Shown in pieces: positions 1-9,720 of a stretch of DNA of 64,000 nucleotides; positions within the stretch are counted from its first letter, which is position 1; each line of letters opens with the position of its first letter. Origin of the DNA: an uncultured Alphaproteobacteria bacterium (GTDB lineage: Bacteria; Pseudomonadota; Alphaproteobacteria; RF32; CAG-239); contig CALXTF010000003.1 of assembly GCA_944391335.1 (NCBI GenBank), forward strand, positions 4,323 to 68,322, read 5' to 3'. Below the pieces are notes generated by a model that worked only from the letters and a program-made list of their open reading frames with translations, had not been told where the DNA came from and did not search any database. Made by a program: the position numbers and the translations under genes.

Positions 1-1
1 T

Positions 2-424
2 CTGTTTAAAAGTATGAAAAAAAGCCGTGATCATTTTGCTGTTGTCGTTGATGAATATGGCGGTGTCGACGGTATCGTTACCATGAATGATTTGTTGGAA
101 GAATTGGTGGGTGAGTTGGAAGATGATATGACCGCTCCTCCCAGTCGTCCGGATATAGAAAAATTAGAAGATGACGTTTGGCAGATTAAAGGATGTGCGG
201 CAATTAATGATGTTGCCGACGCTTTGAAAATAAATCTCTCGGATACAGAATGTGATACATTCGGTGGTTTCGTTATGTCTTTAATGGAAAGTATTCCTGA
301 AAATAAAACGGATATCAAGTTATATTATGAAAATCTGGAAATAAAAGTCGTTGAAACTAAAGGTCATCGTATCGAAACTACGCAGGTTCGTTTTTGTAAT
401 AATAATCAGATAAACAATGAATAA
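2..424 (+). CDS. HlyC/CorC (hemolysin-family CBS + CorC_HlyC) transporter, C-terminal part; 5' end lies outside the window
   Basis: AVVVDEYGGVDGIVTMNDLLEELVGE CBS motif followed by a CorC_HlyC domain (DTFGGFV); the frame is open back to position 2. Confidence 0.85.
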   Translation: MFKSMKKSRDHFAVVVDEYGGVDGIVTMNDLLEELVGELEDDMTAPPSRPDIEKLEDDVWQIKGCAAINDVADALKINLSDTECDTFGGFVMSLMESIPENKTDIKLYYENLEIKVVETKGHRIETTQVRFCNNNQINNE

Positions 425-442
425 ATTATAAGGATTAAGACT

Positions 443-1705
443 ATGAAAGTTTCTTTAAAAGAACCACTCCCTCTAAATGATGAAACTTTGAAAAAATTAA
501 TACAAAATGATTTAGATACAAATCAACAACCTTATCTTGCCGAGGTCGCTAAACGGTATCATTTGGATTTAAAACTAAACCATGAGGTTGTTTTAGAAAA
601 AGCTTATGAAGAACAATTCATGCTTATTAATCAGCAATGTATTGCAAACACGCTGGATGAAAATACTATTGGTTCATATGTCTTATTACAGAATATTTGC
701 TATTTTAATAATCAAGATTTGAACTATATTAAAAGTGTTGAAGGGGAAAATTGGGCATTAAATATGGTGCCTTATGTCGAAAACCGATTGGAAAATGTTC
801 AAATGTTGAAACCTCTTTTCAACTTAACAAATGTCGTTAATGAAGCTATGTTATATTTAACAGATAATTATCTGAATTTTAGTTCATACAAAGCAAATCA
901 ATTAAAAGAAAAACTTGAAAATACAAATATTATCTTCTCAGATGAAGAAAAAGCAAAACTTTATTTTATTTCTTCTAAATTATATCGTAAATTAAATGTG
1001 CAAAATAAATATTTTAATGATAATTACGTCGATACTCAAGAAAAAGATTGTTTGGATAAAGTTTTATCTTTAACTTCGGATTATAAATTGATTTCTTATT
1101 GCCAAAATAGACTTGGTGAAAATAATTCTGATAAAAAAGTTATAAGAGCTTATAAAAAAGCTTTAACCAAAAAACAAACGCGTAATAATAGTTATAAAAT
1201 TAATAATGAATTAGCAAATATCTATTTTCAACAAAGTAAAAAAATAGGTTATCTGACAACTAATTCGGATAAAGCTTATTCTAGTGATCAAGCGATTAAA
1301 TATTATATGGAAGCTTATCGTTATGCCCAAAAAGAAGATAGACTCCCTTTATTAAAAAAAATGACTGATGTCTACTTAATGACCGGAAAAAAACAAGAAT
1401 GGAAAAATGTCAAAGAAGTTATAGCTATGAAATTTTTAAAAGGTCAGGCTCGTTGTGCCATGTTAAATTCTATTGGTGATAAAACTGACGATATTACTTT
1501 TTATTTTCGCGCAATTGAAGAATGTAAAAAATCCAAGTTATCGCCTTTTTTAAAACTTGATATTATGGAAAATTCATATAAAAAATTACTTGTTAAAGTT
1601 AGTGATAAGGAAGAAAAACAAAATATAGAACAACAACTACATGATATTAGTCTGAAAAAAATGAAGTATTTAAGTGTTAATAAGTTTTGTAAAAAAAATT
1701 ATTAG
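443..1705 (+). CDS. hypothetical helical (TPR-like) protein
   Basis: 420-aa ORF with RBS (aggat); AIKYYMEAY and ELANIY helical-repeat-like segments; no family recognised. Confidence 0.6.
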   Translation: MKVSLKEPLPLNDETLKKLIQNDLDTNQQPYLAEVAKRYHLDLKLNHEVVLEKAYEEQFMLINQQCIANTLDENTIGSYVLLQNICYFNNQDLNYIKSVEGENWALNMVPYVENRLENVQMLKPLFNLTNVVNEAMLYLTDNYLNFSSYKANQLKEKLENTNIIFSDEEKAKLYFISSKLYRKLNVQNKYFNDNYVDTQEKDCLDKVLSLTSDYKLISYCQNRLGENNSDKKVIRAYKKALTKKQTRNNSYKINNELANIYFQQSKKIGYLTTNSDKAYSSDQAIKYYMEAYRYAQKEDRLPLLKKMTDVYLMTGKKQEWKNVKEVIAMKFLKGQARCAMLNSIGDKTDDITFYFRAIEECKKSKLSPFLKLDIMENSYKKLLVKVSDKEEKQNIEQQLHDISLKKMKYLSVNKFCKKNY

Positions 1706-1722
1706 ACAATGTAACGGACATT

Positions 1723-1753
1723 AAAAAAGCACTGATTTATCAGTGCTTTTTTT
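1723..1753. terminator. bidirectional rho-independent terminator
   Basis: AAAAAAGCACTGA-loop-TCAGTGCTTTTTT hairpin between convergent genes. Confidence 0.85.
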
Positions 1754-1768
1754 AAGCTTTTTATGGTT

Positions 1769-2545
1769 TTAGAATAAAACTTTTGCACTTAAACCAAGTG
1801 TATAGTCATAGTCTATTATACCATTGTAGTTGCCGCCAAGGTAGTAATCACCAAATAAACCGACAGCAATATTTTCATTAACAAAATAGTTTGCTTGAGC
1901 TTCTACCCACCATGTGTTGGTGTTTGTTCCGTCCAGTTCAAAATCATAACGGATACCTGCGTCAACAGAATATTTATCACCGGTTTTATGTACACCGCCA
2001 AACCATGAATAATACATCGGACGGTCACTGTAATCAACACGACTATCAACACTAAAGGAGGTATATGGAAGCCAGCCATTTGCCATTTCATAACCGACTT
2101 TAACATCAGCATTTACAGATTTATACCATCTTTCATCATTGCCATGATGTCCGTACCAGCTTTTAGGATCATATGTGTAATAACCTACGCCAATCTGACT
2201 TAACCATTGTCCTTGGCGGATATTGTATTTTGCACCGATAGCGTAGTCAAAGTTATGATCATTGTTATATTCTTGATTGGTAAAACCTTCAAAATCAAAT
2301 CTGTTACCTATTTCGGCGACAATAGAAAAATTGTTGGTAATACCATAGGTGATTTCTTCTGCTAAGCGTAAATCTTCACCAGTTCCAAAGTTATGTTTTA
2401 ATTTGGTTCTGTCATAAGCCAAAGAAGTATTGGATAAGAGTTGTCCTTCTCCTGGCAAATACATTGGTGAAGTTATATCTTCTGCATGAGCAACACCGGC
2501 GTAAACAACTGCTGCTGTTGCTAAAAGAATTGTTTTATAGTTCAT
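1769..2545 (-). CDS. outer-membrane beta-barrel protein
   Basis: Signal peptide (VAHA|ED), alternating aromatic beta-strands, terminal Phe (LSAKVLF), RBS aaggag. Confidence 0.75.
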   Translation of the reverse strand: MNYKTILLATAAVVYAGVAHAEDITSPMYLPGEGQLLSNTSLAYDRTKLKHNFGTGEDLRLAEEITYGITNNFSIVAEIGNRFDFEGFTNQEYNNDHNFDYAIGAKYNIRQGQWLSQIGVGYYTYDPKSWYGHHGNDERWYKSVNADVKVGYEMANGWLPYTSFSVDSRVDYSDRPMYYSWFGGVHKTGDKYSVDAGIRYDFELDGTNTNTWWVEAQANYFVNENIAVGLFGDYYLGGNYNGIIDYDYTLGLSAKVLF

Positions 2546-2691
2546 ATCAAGTCTCCTTGGTGATTAAAACTTTTGTGGATATTATTACCACAAAATTACT
2601 CTAACAGATAATTAGAAGTTTGCAATATATAAAATCAATAATATAAATACATGTTTACAATTTTAATGTCTTTAATTAAATAATTGTTTTA

Positions 2692-3297
2692 TTAATAAAT
2701 GAATTTCCTTGATTTTTTTAAAAAACGACATAAAGTCATTCGACTGACTTTAAGTTCTTGTGCTATTTGAGTTTGAGTGAAATTTAGTTTTATCATTTCA
2801 TCAATTTGTTCTTTATAATCATTTAATTTTAATTTTCTATTATTACAGCCATTGGGGCGGCCTAATTTTTTACCTTCTGATTTTATTCGAAGAAGAGCCT
2901 CTTTAGTCCTCTGCGATATTAAATTTCGTTCAATTTCTGCCGATAGGCCAAAGGCAAAAGCTAGAACTTTTGATTGAATATCGGTACCTAAACGATAGTT
3001 ATCTTTAATCGTCCATACTTGTGCATTAGTGCTAAGACAATAATGTAAAATAGTCATAATTTGCAGCATATTACGGCCAAAACGAGAAATTTCAGAAGCT
3101 ATAATAATATCATTTTTGGTTAGTTTTTTTAATAACTTACCTAATTTTCGACGATTATAATCAATACCTCCTGATAAAGTTTCTTCAATCCAATTATTGA
3201 TTGATATTCCATTCCTTTTAGCAAAGCGTTTAATTTCAAAACGTTGGTTTTCAGTTGTTTGTTTATCTGTACTAACCCTAATATATCCATATATCAT
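2692..3297 (-). CDS. serine recombinase/DNA invertase, Mpi family
   Basis: YGYIRVST catalytic Ser; SRFGRN; IKDNYRLGxDIQSKVLAFAFGLSAEIERNLISQRTKEAL signature as I recall it from Bacteroides Mpi; C-terminal HTH. Confidence 0.9.
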   Translation of the reverse strand: MIYGYIRVSTDKQTTENQRFEIKRFAKRNGISINNWIEETLSGGIDYNRRKLGKLLKKLTKNDIIIASEISRFGRNMLQIMTILHYCLSTNAQVWTIKDNYRLGTDIQSKVLAFAFGLSAEIERNLISQRTKEALLRIKSEGKKLGRPNGCNNRKLKLNDYKEQIDEMIKLNFTQTQIAQELKVSRMTLCRFLKKSRKFIY

Positions 3298-3598
3298 AAT
3301 ATAATCCTTTTTACTATAAAGTTATCTTTTGTTTTAAGACTTTGTAGTATATTTCATAATTTTTATTCTTAGAGCAGATAAATTATTTTGATACTTTTAA
3401 TTGTTTATTTTGGTTAGTAAAAAAATGTAAAAAAAATTATTTGCAGACGGTGAAATTTTAAAACTCTTGATTATATGAGGAGAAAATTATTTTTTTCCTA
3501 TAAGGTATTTCTTATGACATCTTGGGATTAAATATAATTTTTTTCAAAATTAGGTATCAATATTTTATAAAATAACAGTTAAAATTAAGAGGTTTTTT

Positions 3599-4564
3599 AT
3601 GAAAACAATACTTGTAACTGGTGGAACAGGTTTTTTGGGGTCTAATCTTTGTCATAGATTAGTTAATGATGGTCATAAAGTTATCTGTATGGATAATAAT
3701 TATACGGGACGAATGTCAAATATAAATGATTTATTATCTTGTGATAATTTTCGTTTTATTAAACATGATATTTGTGAAACTTTTAGTATAGATGAACATT
3801 TGGATCAGATTTATAATTTAGCGTGTCCAGCCAGTCCGCCGGCTTATCAGGGAAAACATTCAATTACAACGACAAAAACATGTGTTTTTGGGGCAATAAA
3901 TATGTTGGAATTGGCGAAAGTTCATCAAGCGACAATTCTACAAACATCAACCTCCGAAGTTTATGGTGAACCTTTGATGCATCCTCAAGTCGAAAGTTAT
4001 CGAGGAAATGTTAATCCGATAGGAATTCGCGCTTGTTATGATGAGGGTAAGCGTTGTGCGGAAAGTTTGTTCTTTGATTATTACCGCCATGAAGGGGTAG
4101 ACATTAAAGTTATTCGCATTTTTAATACTTATGGACCTAATATGGATCCACATGATGGACGCGTCGTCAGTAATTTTATATGTCAGGCGTTGAAAGGTGA
4201 GAATATTACAATTTATGGCAATGGTTTACAAACACGTTCATTTTGTTATGTCGATGATTTAATTGAAGCTATGGTAAGAATGATGAATTCTCAAAAAGGC
4301 TTTACTGGTCCGGTTAATACAGGTAATCCCGGTGAGTTTACAATTAAAGAATTAGCGGAAAAAGTTGTTGCTCAAACAGGAAGTTTATCAAAAATCGTTT
4401 ATAAGGATTTACCGGCGGATGATCCTACACAACGTCGTCCGGATATATCTTTGGCTAAAGCTAAACTTGATTGGGAGCCTCATGTTTGTCTTGATGAAGG
4501 TTTGAAACGAACAATTGAGTATTTTAGAAAAGAAATTATCCAATTATCAGCGGCGGCAGAGTAG
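3599..4564 (+). CDS. uxs: UDP-glucuronate decarboxylase (UDP-xylose synthase)
   Basis: [46 protein letters not shown] motifs. Confidence 0.9.
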   Translation: MKTILVTGGTGFLGSNLCHRLVNDGHKVICMDNNYTGRMSNINDLLSCDNFRFIKHDICETFSIDEHLDQIYNLACPASPPAYQGKHSITTTKTCVFGAINMLELAKVHQATILQTSTSEVYGEPLMHPQVESYRGNVNPIGIRACYDEGKRCAESLFFDYYRHEGVDIKVIRIFNTYGPNMDPHDGRVVSNFICQALKGENITIYGNGLQTRSFCYVDDLIEAMVRMMNSQKGFTGPVNTGNPGEFTIKELAEKVVAQTGSLSKIVYKDLPADDPTQRRPDISLAKAKLDWEPHVCLDEGLKRTIEYFRKEIIQLSAAAE

Positions 4565-4608
4565 GGATAATTATAACTTTTAATTTTAACTATCGAGGGG
4601 AATAAAAT

Positions 4609-5577
4609 ATGATACTAATTATGGGAGGTGCCGGCTATATTGGTTCGCACACGGTAAGACATTTATTGGATTGTGGTTATGAATGTGTGGCTGTCGATAA
4701 TTTAATTTATGGGCATCGTCAAGCTGTCGATAAACGCGCGGCTTTCGTTCAAGCCGATTTACTTGATAAAGATTCTTTAAAAAAGGTCTTTGACGATTTT
4801 AAACCAGAAGCTGTCATTCATTTTGCCGCATTTGCTTATGTTGGCGAAAGCGTCCTTGATCCGCAAAAATATTATCTTAATAACGTTATTGGAACATTTA
4901 ATTTATTATCCGTAATGCAAGAGTTTTCAGTTAATAAAATTGTTTTCTCAAGTACTTGCGCCACCTATGGTGAACCAAAATATATGCCGATTGATGAACA
5001 ACATCCTCAAAAACCAATAAATCCTTATGGCCGTACAAAATTGATGATTGAAAAAATTATGGCTGATTATCGGCAGGCTTACGGATTAAAATATATTGCA
5101 TTACGTTATTTCAACGCAGCGGGTGCAGCAAAAGATGGTTGTATAGGCGAAAGTCATCAACCGGAAACTCATCTGATACCTCTTGTTTTACAGGCAATAA
5201 AAGGACAACAAAAGTCCATAAAAGTCTTTGGTAATGATTATGATACACCTGACGGAACATGTATTCGTGATTATATTCATGTGGAAGATTTGGCGCAGGC
5301 ACATCGGTTAGCCTTAGAAAAAGTCAATGATTTTAGTGGTTGTCTTAATCTTGGTACAGGTAAAGGAACAAGTGTAAATGAAATTATTAACGCCGCAGAA
5401 AAAATAAGCGGTTTAAAATGTCCGGTCGAATATGCATCTCGACGTTTGGGCGATCCTGCGCGTTTATGCGCTAATAATGAAAAAGCAAAAGAAATTCTTG
5501 GTTGGAAACCGGAATATACTGATATTGATGATATTGTCCGTACAGCATGGAATTGGGAAATAAACAGAAAGTTTTAA
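4609..5577 (+). CDS. galE: UDP-glucose 4-epimerase
   Basis: GGAGYIGSH, HFAA, YGRTK, LRYFNAAGA, PDGTCIRDYIHV. Confidence 0.9.
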   Translation: MILIMGGAGYIGSHTVRHLLDCGYECVAVDNLIYGHRQAVDKRAAFVQADLLDKDSLKKVFDDFKPEAVIHFAAFAYVGESVLDPQKYYLNNVIGTFNLLSVMQEFSVNKIVFSSTCATYGEPKYMPIDEQHPQKPINPYGRTKLMIEKIMADYRQAYGLKYIALRYFNAAGAAKDGCIGESHQPETHLIPLVLQAIKGQQKSIKVFGNDYDTPDGTCIRDYIHVEDLAQAHRLALEKVNDFSGCLNLGTGKGTSVNEIINAAEKISGLKCPVEYASRRLGDPARLCANNEKAKEILGWKPEYTDIDDIVRTAWNWEINRKF

Positions 5578-5580
5578 ATT

Positions 5581-6705
5581 ATGGAAAAAGTAAAAAATCT
5601 TGTCGTCGGTTGCGGATTGTCAGGAATTGTTATTGCTGAACGTCTGGCTGAAGAAAAAAAAGAAAAAGTACTGATAATCGATAAAAGAAAACATATAGGG
5701 GGTAATATCTTTGATTACAAAGATCGAGAAACAGGAATTATGGTTCATAAATACGGTCCTCATGTTTTCCATACTAATGAAAAAAAAGTTTGGGATTATC
5801 TTAGCCGTTTTACTCAATGGCACCCGTTTATGTATAAAGTAAAAGCACTAATTGATGGAATAGAAGTTAATATTCCGTTTAATTTAGATAGTTTGCATAA
5901 AGTTTTTCCTAAACATATGGCCGAAAAATTTGAAAATAAATTAATCGAAAAATTTGGTTTTAATAAAAAAGTGCCTATCTTGGATTTAAAAACCAGCGGC
6001 GATGTTGATTTACAATTTTTAGCACAATATGTTTATGAAAAAGTCTTTTTAGGATATACCTTAAAACAATGGGGCGTAAAACCAGAAAATTTAGATTCTT
6101 CGGTAAGTGCGCGCGTTCCTGTTTTTATCAGTCGGGATAGTCGATATTTCCAAGATAAATATCAAGCCATACCGGCGGAAGGTTATACGCAAATGGCGGC
6201 TAATATGCTTAAAAATCCATTGATCGAAGTTCGTCTGGGAAATGATTATAAAGATATCAGAAATAAAATAGAATATGAAAAATTATTTTATAGTGGTGCT
6301 ATTGATGAATTTTTTGATTTTGAGTTTGGGGCTCTTCCTTATCGAAGTCTTGATATAATGTTGAAAACCTTTAATAAAACATTCGTTCAATCTGGTCCTC
6401 AGATAAATTATCCTGAAAATTACGATTACACTCGTTCGGTTGAATACAAATATTACTTGGATGAAATAAGCGATAAAACTGTCGTTTCTTATGAATTTCC
6501 ATGCTCATTTAAAATAGGAAAAAATGAAAGATATTATCCTATTCCTGCAAAAGATAATGAAGTTATCTATCAAGCGTATAAACAAAAAGCACTAACATTA
6601 AATAATGTTTTCTTTTTAGGTCGACTTGGCGATTATAAATATTACAACATGGATCAAGTCGTTTCACGAGCTTTAGATGTGTTTAAAGGAGTAGCTGATG
6701 CGTAA
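5581..6705 (+). CDS. glf: UDP-galactopyranose mutase
   Basis: VGCGLSG, HIGGN, HKYGPHVFH, RYYP, GRLGDYKYYNMD. Confidence 0.93.
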   Translation: MEKVKNLVVGCGLSGIVIAERLAEEKKEKVLIIDKRKHIGGNIFDYKDRETGIMVHKYGPHVFHTNEKKVWDYLSRFTQWHPFMYKVKALIDGIEVNIPFNLDSLHKVFPKHMAEKFENKLIEKFGFNKKVPILDLKTSGDVDLQFLAQYVYEKVFLGYTLKQWGVKPENLDSSVSARVPVFISRDSRYFQDKYQAIPAEGYTQMAANMLKNPLIEVRLGNDYKDIRNKIEYEKLFYSGAIDEFFDFEFGALPYRSLDIMLKTFNKTFVQSGPQINYPENYDYTRSVEYKYYLDEISDKTVVSYEFPCSFKIGKNERYYPIPAKDNEVIYQAYKQKALTLNNVFFLGRLGDYKYYNMDQVVSRALDVFKGVADA

Positions 6706-8677
6706 AAATCCTAAAGTGAAAATTTTAATAGGTTATCATAAACCTGCATATTTGTTAAAAGATGATGTATTAACCCCTATTCATTTGGGAAGAAAATTAT
6801 CTACGGAAGTATCCAAAGACGGCGATGTGTCGCAAGAAGATTGTCAATGGATGAAAGAGAATATGATAGGCGATGATACTGGAGACAACATTTCTTCTGA
6901 AAATCGAAAATATTGTGAATTGACAGCTCTTTATTGGGCGTGGAAAAATTATGATAAACTAGGTAATCCTGATTATATAGGTTTTATGCAATATCGACGT
7001 CATTTTATTTTTGATGATAATTTTGATCAATCTGAACATGAAAAATTCTGGGGATGTTATCGTTTTGAAAAGGCAAATCAAAATTATTGTCAACAGATAA
7101 AATTAAACGGAAAAGATATTGTTGAATATTTAAAAAAACATCCGGTTGATGTTTTAACAACAAAAGAAGTTGATTTTAATCAAAGCGTTGCAGAACATTT
7201 TTCTCAAACTCTTTCTTTTCTCAATCGTGATGATTTGAAAATATGCGTTAAAACAACAGAAAATTTATTTCCTGAATATAAAAATGTTATTAATCAATAT
7301 ATGAAATCTAAAAAACACTATTGGTATCATTGTTTTATAATGAAAAAAGAAATATTTTTTGAATATTGCCAATGGCTGTTCGGTGTTTTATTTGCTGTGG
7401 AAAAACAAATTGATTATACTGGTTATACAATAGCGGCTAAGAGAACTATTGCTTATCTTGGCGAACGTATGTGGGGCGTTTTTCTGAATGCTAAAAAGGA
7501 TAAACTTGTTATCGATAATCTCGATTTAACTTTTATTGATGAAACCTCTTATCAATTCATACCAAAGCCTTTCTTCGATAAAAACAATGTGGCTGTAGTT
7601 TTTGCTTGTGATAATAATTATGTTCCTTATTTATCAGTAGCCATACAATCAATTGTTGATCATAAAAAACTTGAAAATAATTATGATATTATCATTTTAA
7701 ATAATGGTATTATACCTTATTATCAGAAACTTCTAAAAGAAACTTATCAATGTAATAATGTTAGTATTCGTTTTTATGATGTTTCTAATTTGTATTACAC
7801 TTATCATAATTTGTTTTATAGTCATACTTATTATTCTCCGACAGTTTATTTTCGTTTTTTTATTCCCGAAATTTTTACATCATATTCACATATCATATAT
7901 CTTGATTGTGATTTAATATGTTTAAGGGATGTGGCAGATCTTTATCAACAAAAACTTGGAAATAATTTACTTGGAGTAGTTCGAGATATTGAATATTTGC
8001 GCATTTATAATGAAAATAAAAATGTTAGGGAATATTGTGATAATGTTTTGCAAATGAAAGATTATATACATTATTTTAATTCTGGCGTTTTATTATTTAA
8101 TATTAAACAATGTCAAAAATTTAATTTATCGCAAAAACTTTTACAACAATTGCAATGCATCGGAAAACCAATGATTGTCGATCAAGATATTTTAAATTCT
8201 GTATGTGAAGGAAAAGTATTGTATCTTGATCAATGTTGGAATGTTGAATGGCATTCTTATTATCTTTATGGAAATCTTTTACCATATCAAGTACCAGATA
8301 TATTTTATGGTCAATATTTGAAAGCAATAAAAAATCCATTTATACTGCATTATGCCATAGATGTTAAACCTTGGGATTGTCCGGAGCATTGTACGGCAGA
8401 GATTTTTTGGCATTATGCCGCAAAAACACCTTTTTTTGTTCAAATTATATATAAGCATTTTGAACAAAAAATCTATGCGTTAGCTCAAAAGTTAGAGCAA
8501 TTGCCAATAAATAATGTTCAAACCAATCATCAGAAAAAGAACCATAATAATCTGTTTAAATACTATAAATATAAAATTTTATCTGCAATTTTGTTTGGTG
8601 AAAAAAAACAATATTATCAACAAAAAAAGAAAATAATTAAACAGCAAATTAAAGCTCAACGGAGAAATATCGCATGA
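6698..8677 (+). CDS. bifunctional DUF4422 (GT111) + GT8 glycosyltransferase, WbbM-like
   Basis: N-terminal GDDTGDNISSENRKYCELTALYWAWKN...YRRHF...ERMW (DUF4422); C-terminal YLDCD, YFNSGV, DQDILN, KPW (GT8). Confidence 0.85.
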   Translation: MRKNPKVKILIGYHKPAYLLKDDVLTPIHLGRKLSTEVSKDGDVSQEDCQWMKENMIGDDTGDNISSENRKYCELTALYWAWKNYDKLGNPDYIGFMQYRRHFIFDDNFDQSEHEKFWGCYRFEKANQNYCQQIKLNGKDIVEYLKKHPVDVLTTKEVDFNQSVAEHFSQTLSFLNRDDLKICVKTTENLFPEYKNVINQYMKSKKHYWYHCFIMKKEIFFEYCQWLFGVLFAVEKQIDYTGYTIAAKRTIAYLGERMWGVFLNAKKDKLVIDNLDLTFIDETSYQFIPKPFFDKNNVAVVFACDNNYVPYLSVAIQSIVDHKKLENNYDIIILNNGIIPYYQKLLKETYQCNNVSIRFYDVSNLYYTYHNLFYSHTYYSPTVYFRFFIPEIFTSYSHIIYLDCDLICLRDVADLYQQKLGNNLLGVVRDIEYLRIYNENKNVREYCDNVLQMKDYIHYFNSGVLLFNIKQCQKFNLSQKLLQQLQCIGKPMIVDQDILNSVCEGKVLYLDQCWNVEWHSYYLYGNLLPYQVPDIFYGQYLKAIKNPFILHYAIDVKPWDCPEHCTAEIFWHYAAKTPFFVQIIYKHFEQKIYALAQKLEQLPINNVQTNHQKKNHNNLFKYYKYKILSAILFGEKKQYYQQKKKIIKQQIKAQRRNIA

Positions 8678-9720
8678 CTGATAGAATAAATGTAAGTTTT
8701 ACGGTTAATGATGCTTATGCAAAATATTTAGCAACGGCAATAACTTCTATTTTAGAAAATGCTCATGAGGATGATGATTTATATTTTTATATCATAACCA
8801 GCGATCTTAGTTTGGAAAGTAAAAGAAAAATTGAGACATTAAAAACAATAAAAAATTTTAGCATTGAATATATTACATTATCATCTGATGACATTCCGGC
8901 AATACCGGAAAATAACAATGCTCATGTTACTCAGGAAACTAATTTTCGTTTAAGAATTGCCAGCTTAAAACCAGATTTAGATAAAATTTTATGTCTTGAT
9001 TGTGATTTGGTTGTCGTTTCTTCTCTTTCAAAACTTTACAACATTGAACTTAATGACTATTGGGCGGCTTGCGCTATTGATGCTCCGAATTATGGCGGTT
9101 GTAATAATGAATTTATTTTGAAAGCCGATTTGAAACAATATTTTAATACCGGTGTTTGTTTGATAAATCTCAAAGCTTGGCGAAAAAATAAGGTGGAAGA
9201 GAAAATTTTTGATTGTTTACATAAGTATTCATCAATACTGCGATATCCGGATCAAGATTTACTTAATCTTGCTTTAAATGAACATGTTTTAGAATTAAAT
9301 CATCAATGGAATGTATTTGTTGGGTGTTTAGATTTATTCTATCCTCTTGATATACAAAAATTTATTTTACAAAATCCACGGATTATTCATTGGGCAGGTC
9401 GAGAAAAACCGTGGAAATATCCAACAGTGGCTTTGAGTGATTATTTTTGGAAATACGCAAGACAAACGCCTTTTTATGAGGAAATATTGTTTAATAATTT
9501 GACACAAAAAATCTTACCACAATCAATCGTACAAGAAAAAATATCTTATACGGATGATTATTTACTAACTAAACTGAAATATGCAAAATGTAAGTTACTT
9601 TCAAAATTTACTTTTGGAACAAAAAGATCTTTATATCGTCAGCGAAAAAAAGAATTAAAAAAACAACTTAAACTTATTAAACATAAGTATAAAGAGCAGG
9701 AAAAGCAAAAAGAGTCTTGA
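8674..9720 (+). CDS. glycosyltransferase family 8
   Basis: CLDCD, YFNTGV, DQDLLN, IIHWAGREKPW. Confidence 0.88.
   Translation: MTDRINVSFTVNDAYAKYLATAITSILENAHEDDDLYFYIITSDLSLESKRKIETLKTIKNFSIEYITLSSDDIPAIPENNNAHVTQETNFRLRIASLKPDLDKILCLDCDLVVVSSLSKLYNIELNDYWAACAIDAPNYGGCNNEFILKADLKQYFNTGVCLINLKAWRKNKVEEKIFDCLHKYSSILRYPDQDLLNLALNEHVLELNHQWNVFVGCLDLFYPLDIQKFILQNPRIIHWAGREKPWKYPTVALSDYFWKYARQTPFYEEILFNNLTQKILPQSIVQEKISYTDDYLLTKLKYAKCKLLSKFTFGTKRSLYRQRKKELKKQLKLIKHKYKEQEKQKES

Noticed and set aside
2571-2595. Inverted repeat TTTTGTGG-N9-CCACAAAA as an invertase target
   Set aside because: Only 8-bp arms around 9 bp, too small for an invertible promoter; more likely a UTR hairpin or operator of the OMP gene
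3386-3562. TTGATAC / GTATCAA pair as Mpi inverted repeats
   Set aside because: Only a 7-bp core in very AT-rich DNA, and the flanks do not extend the match
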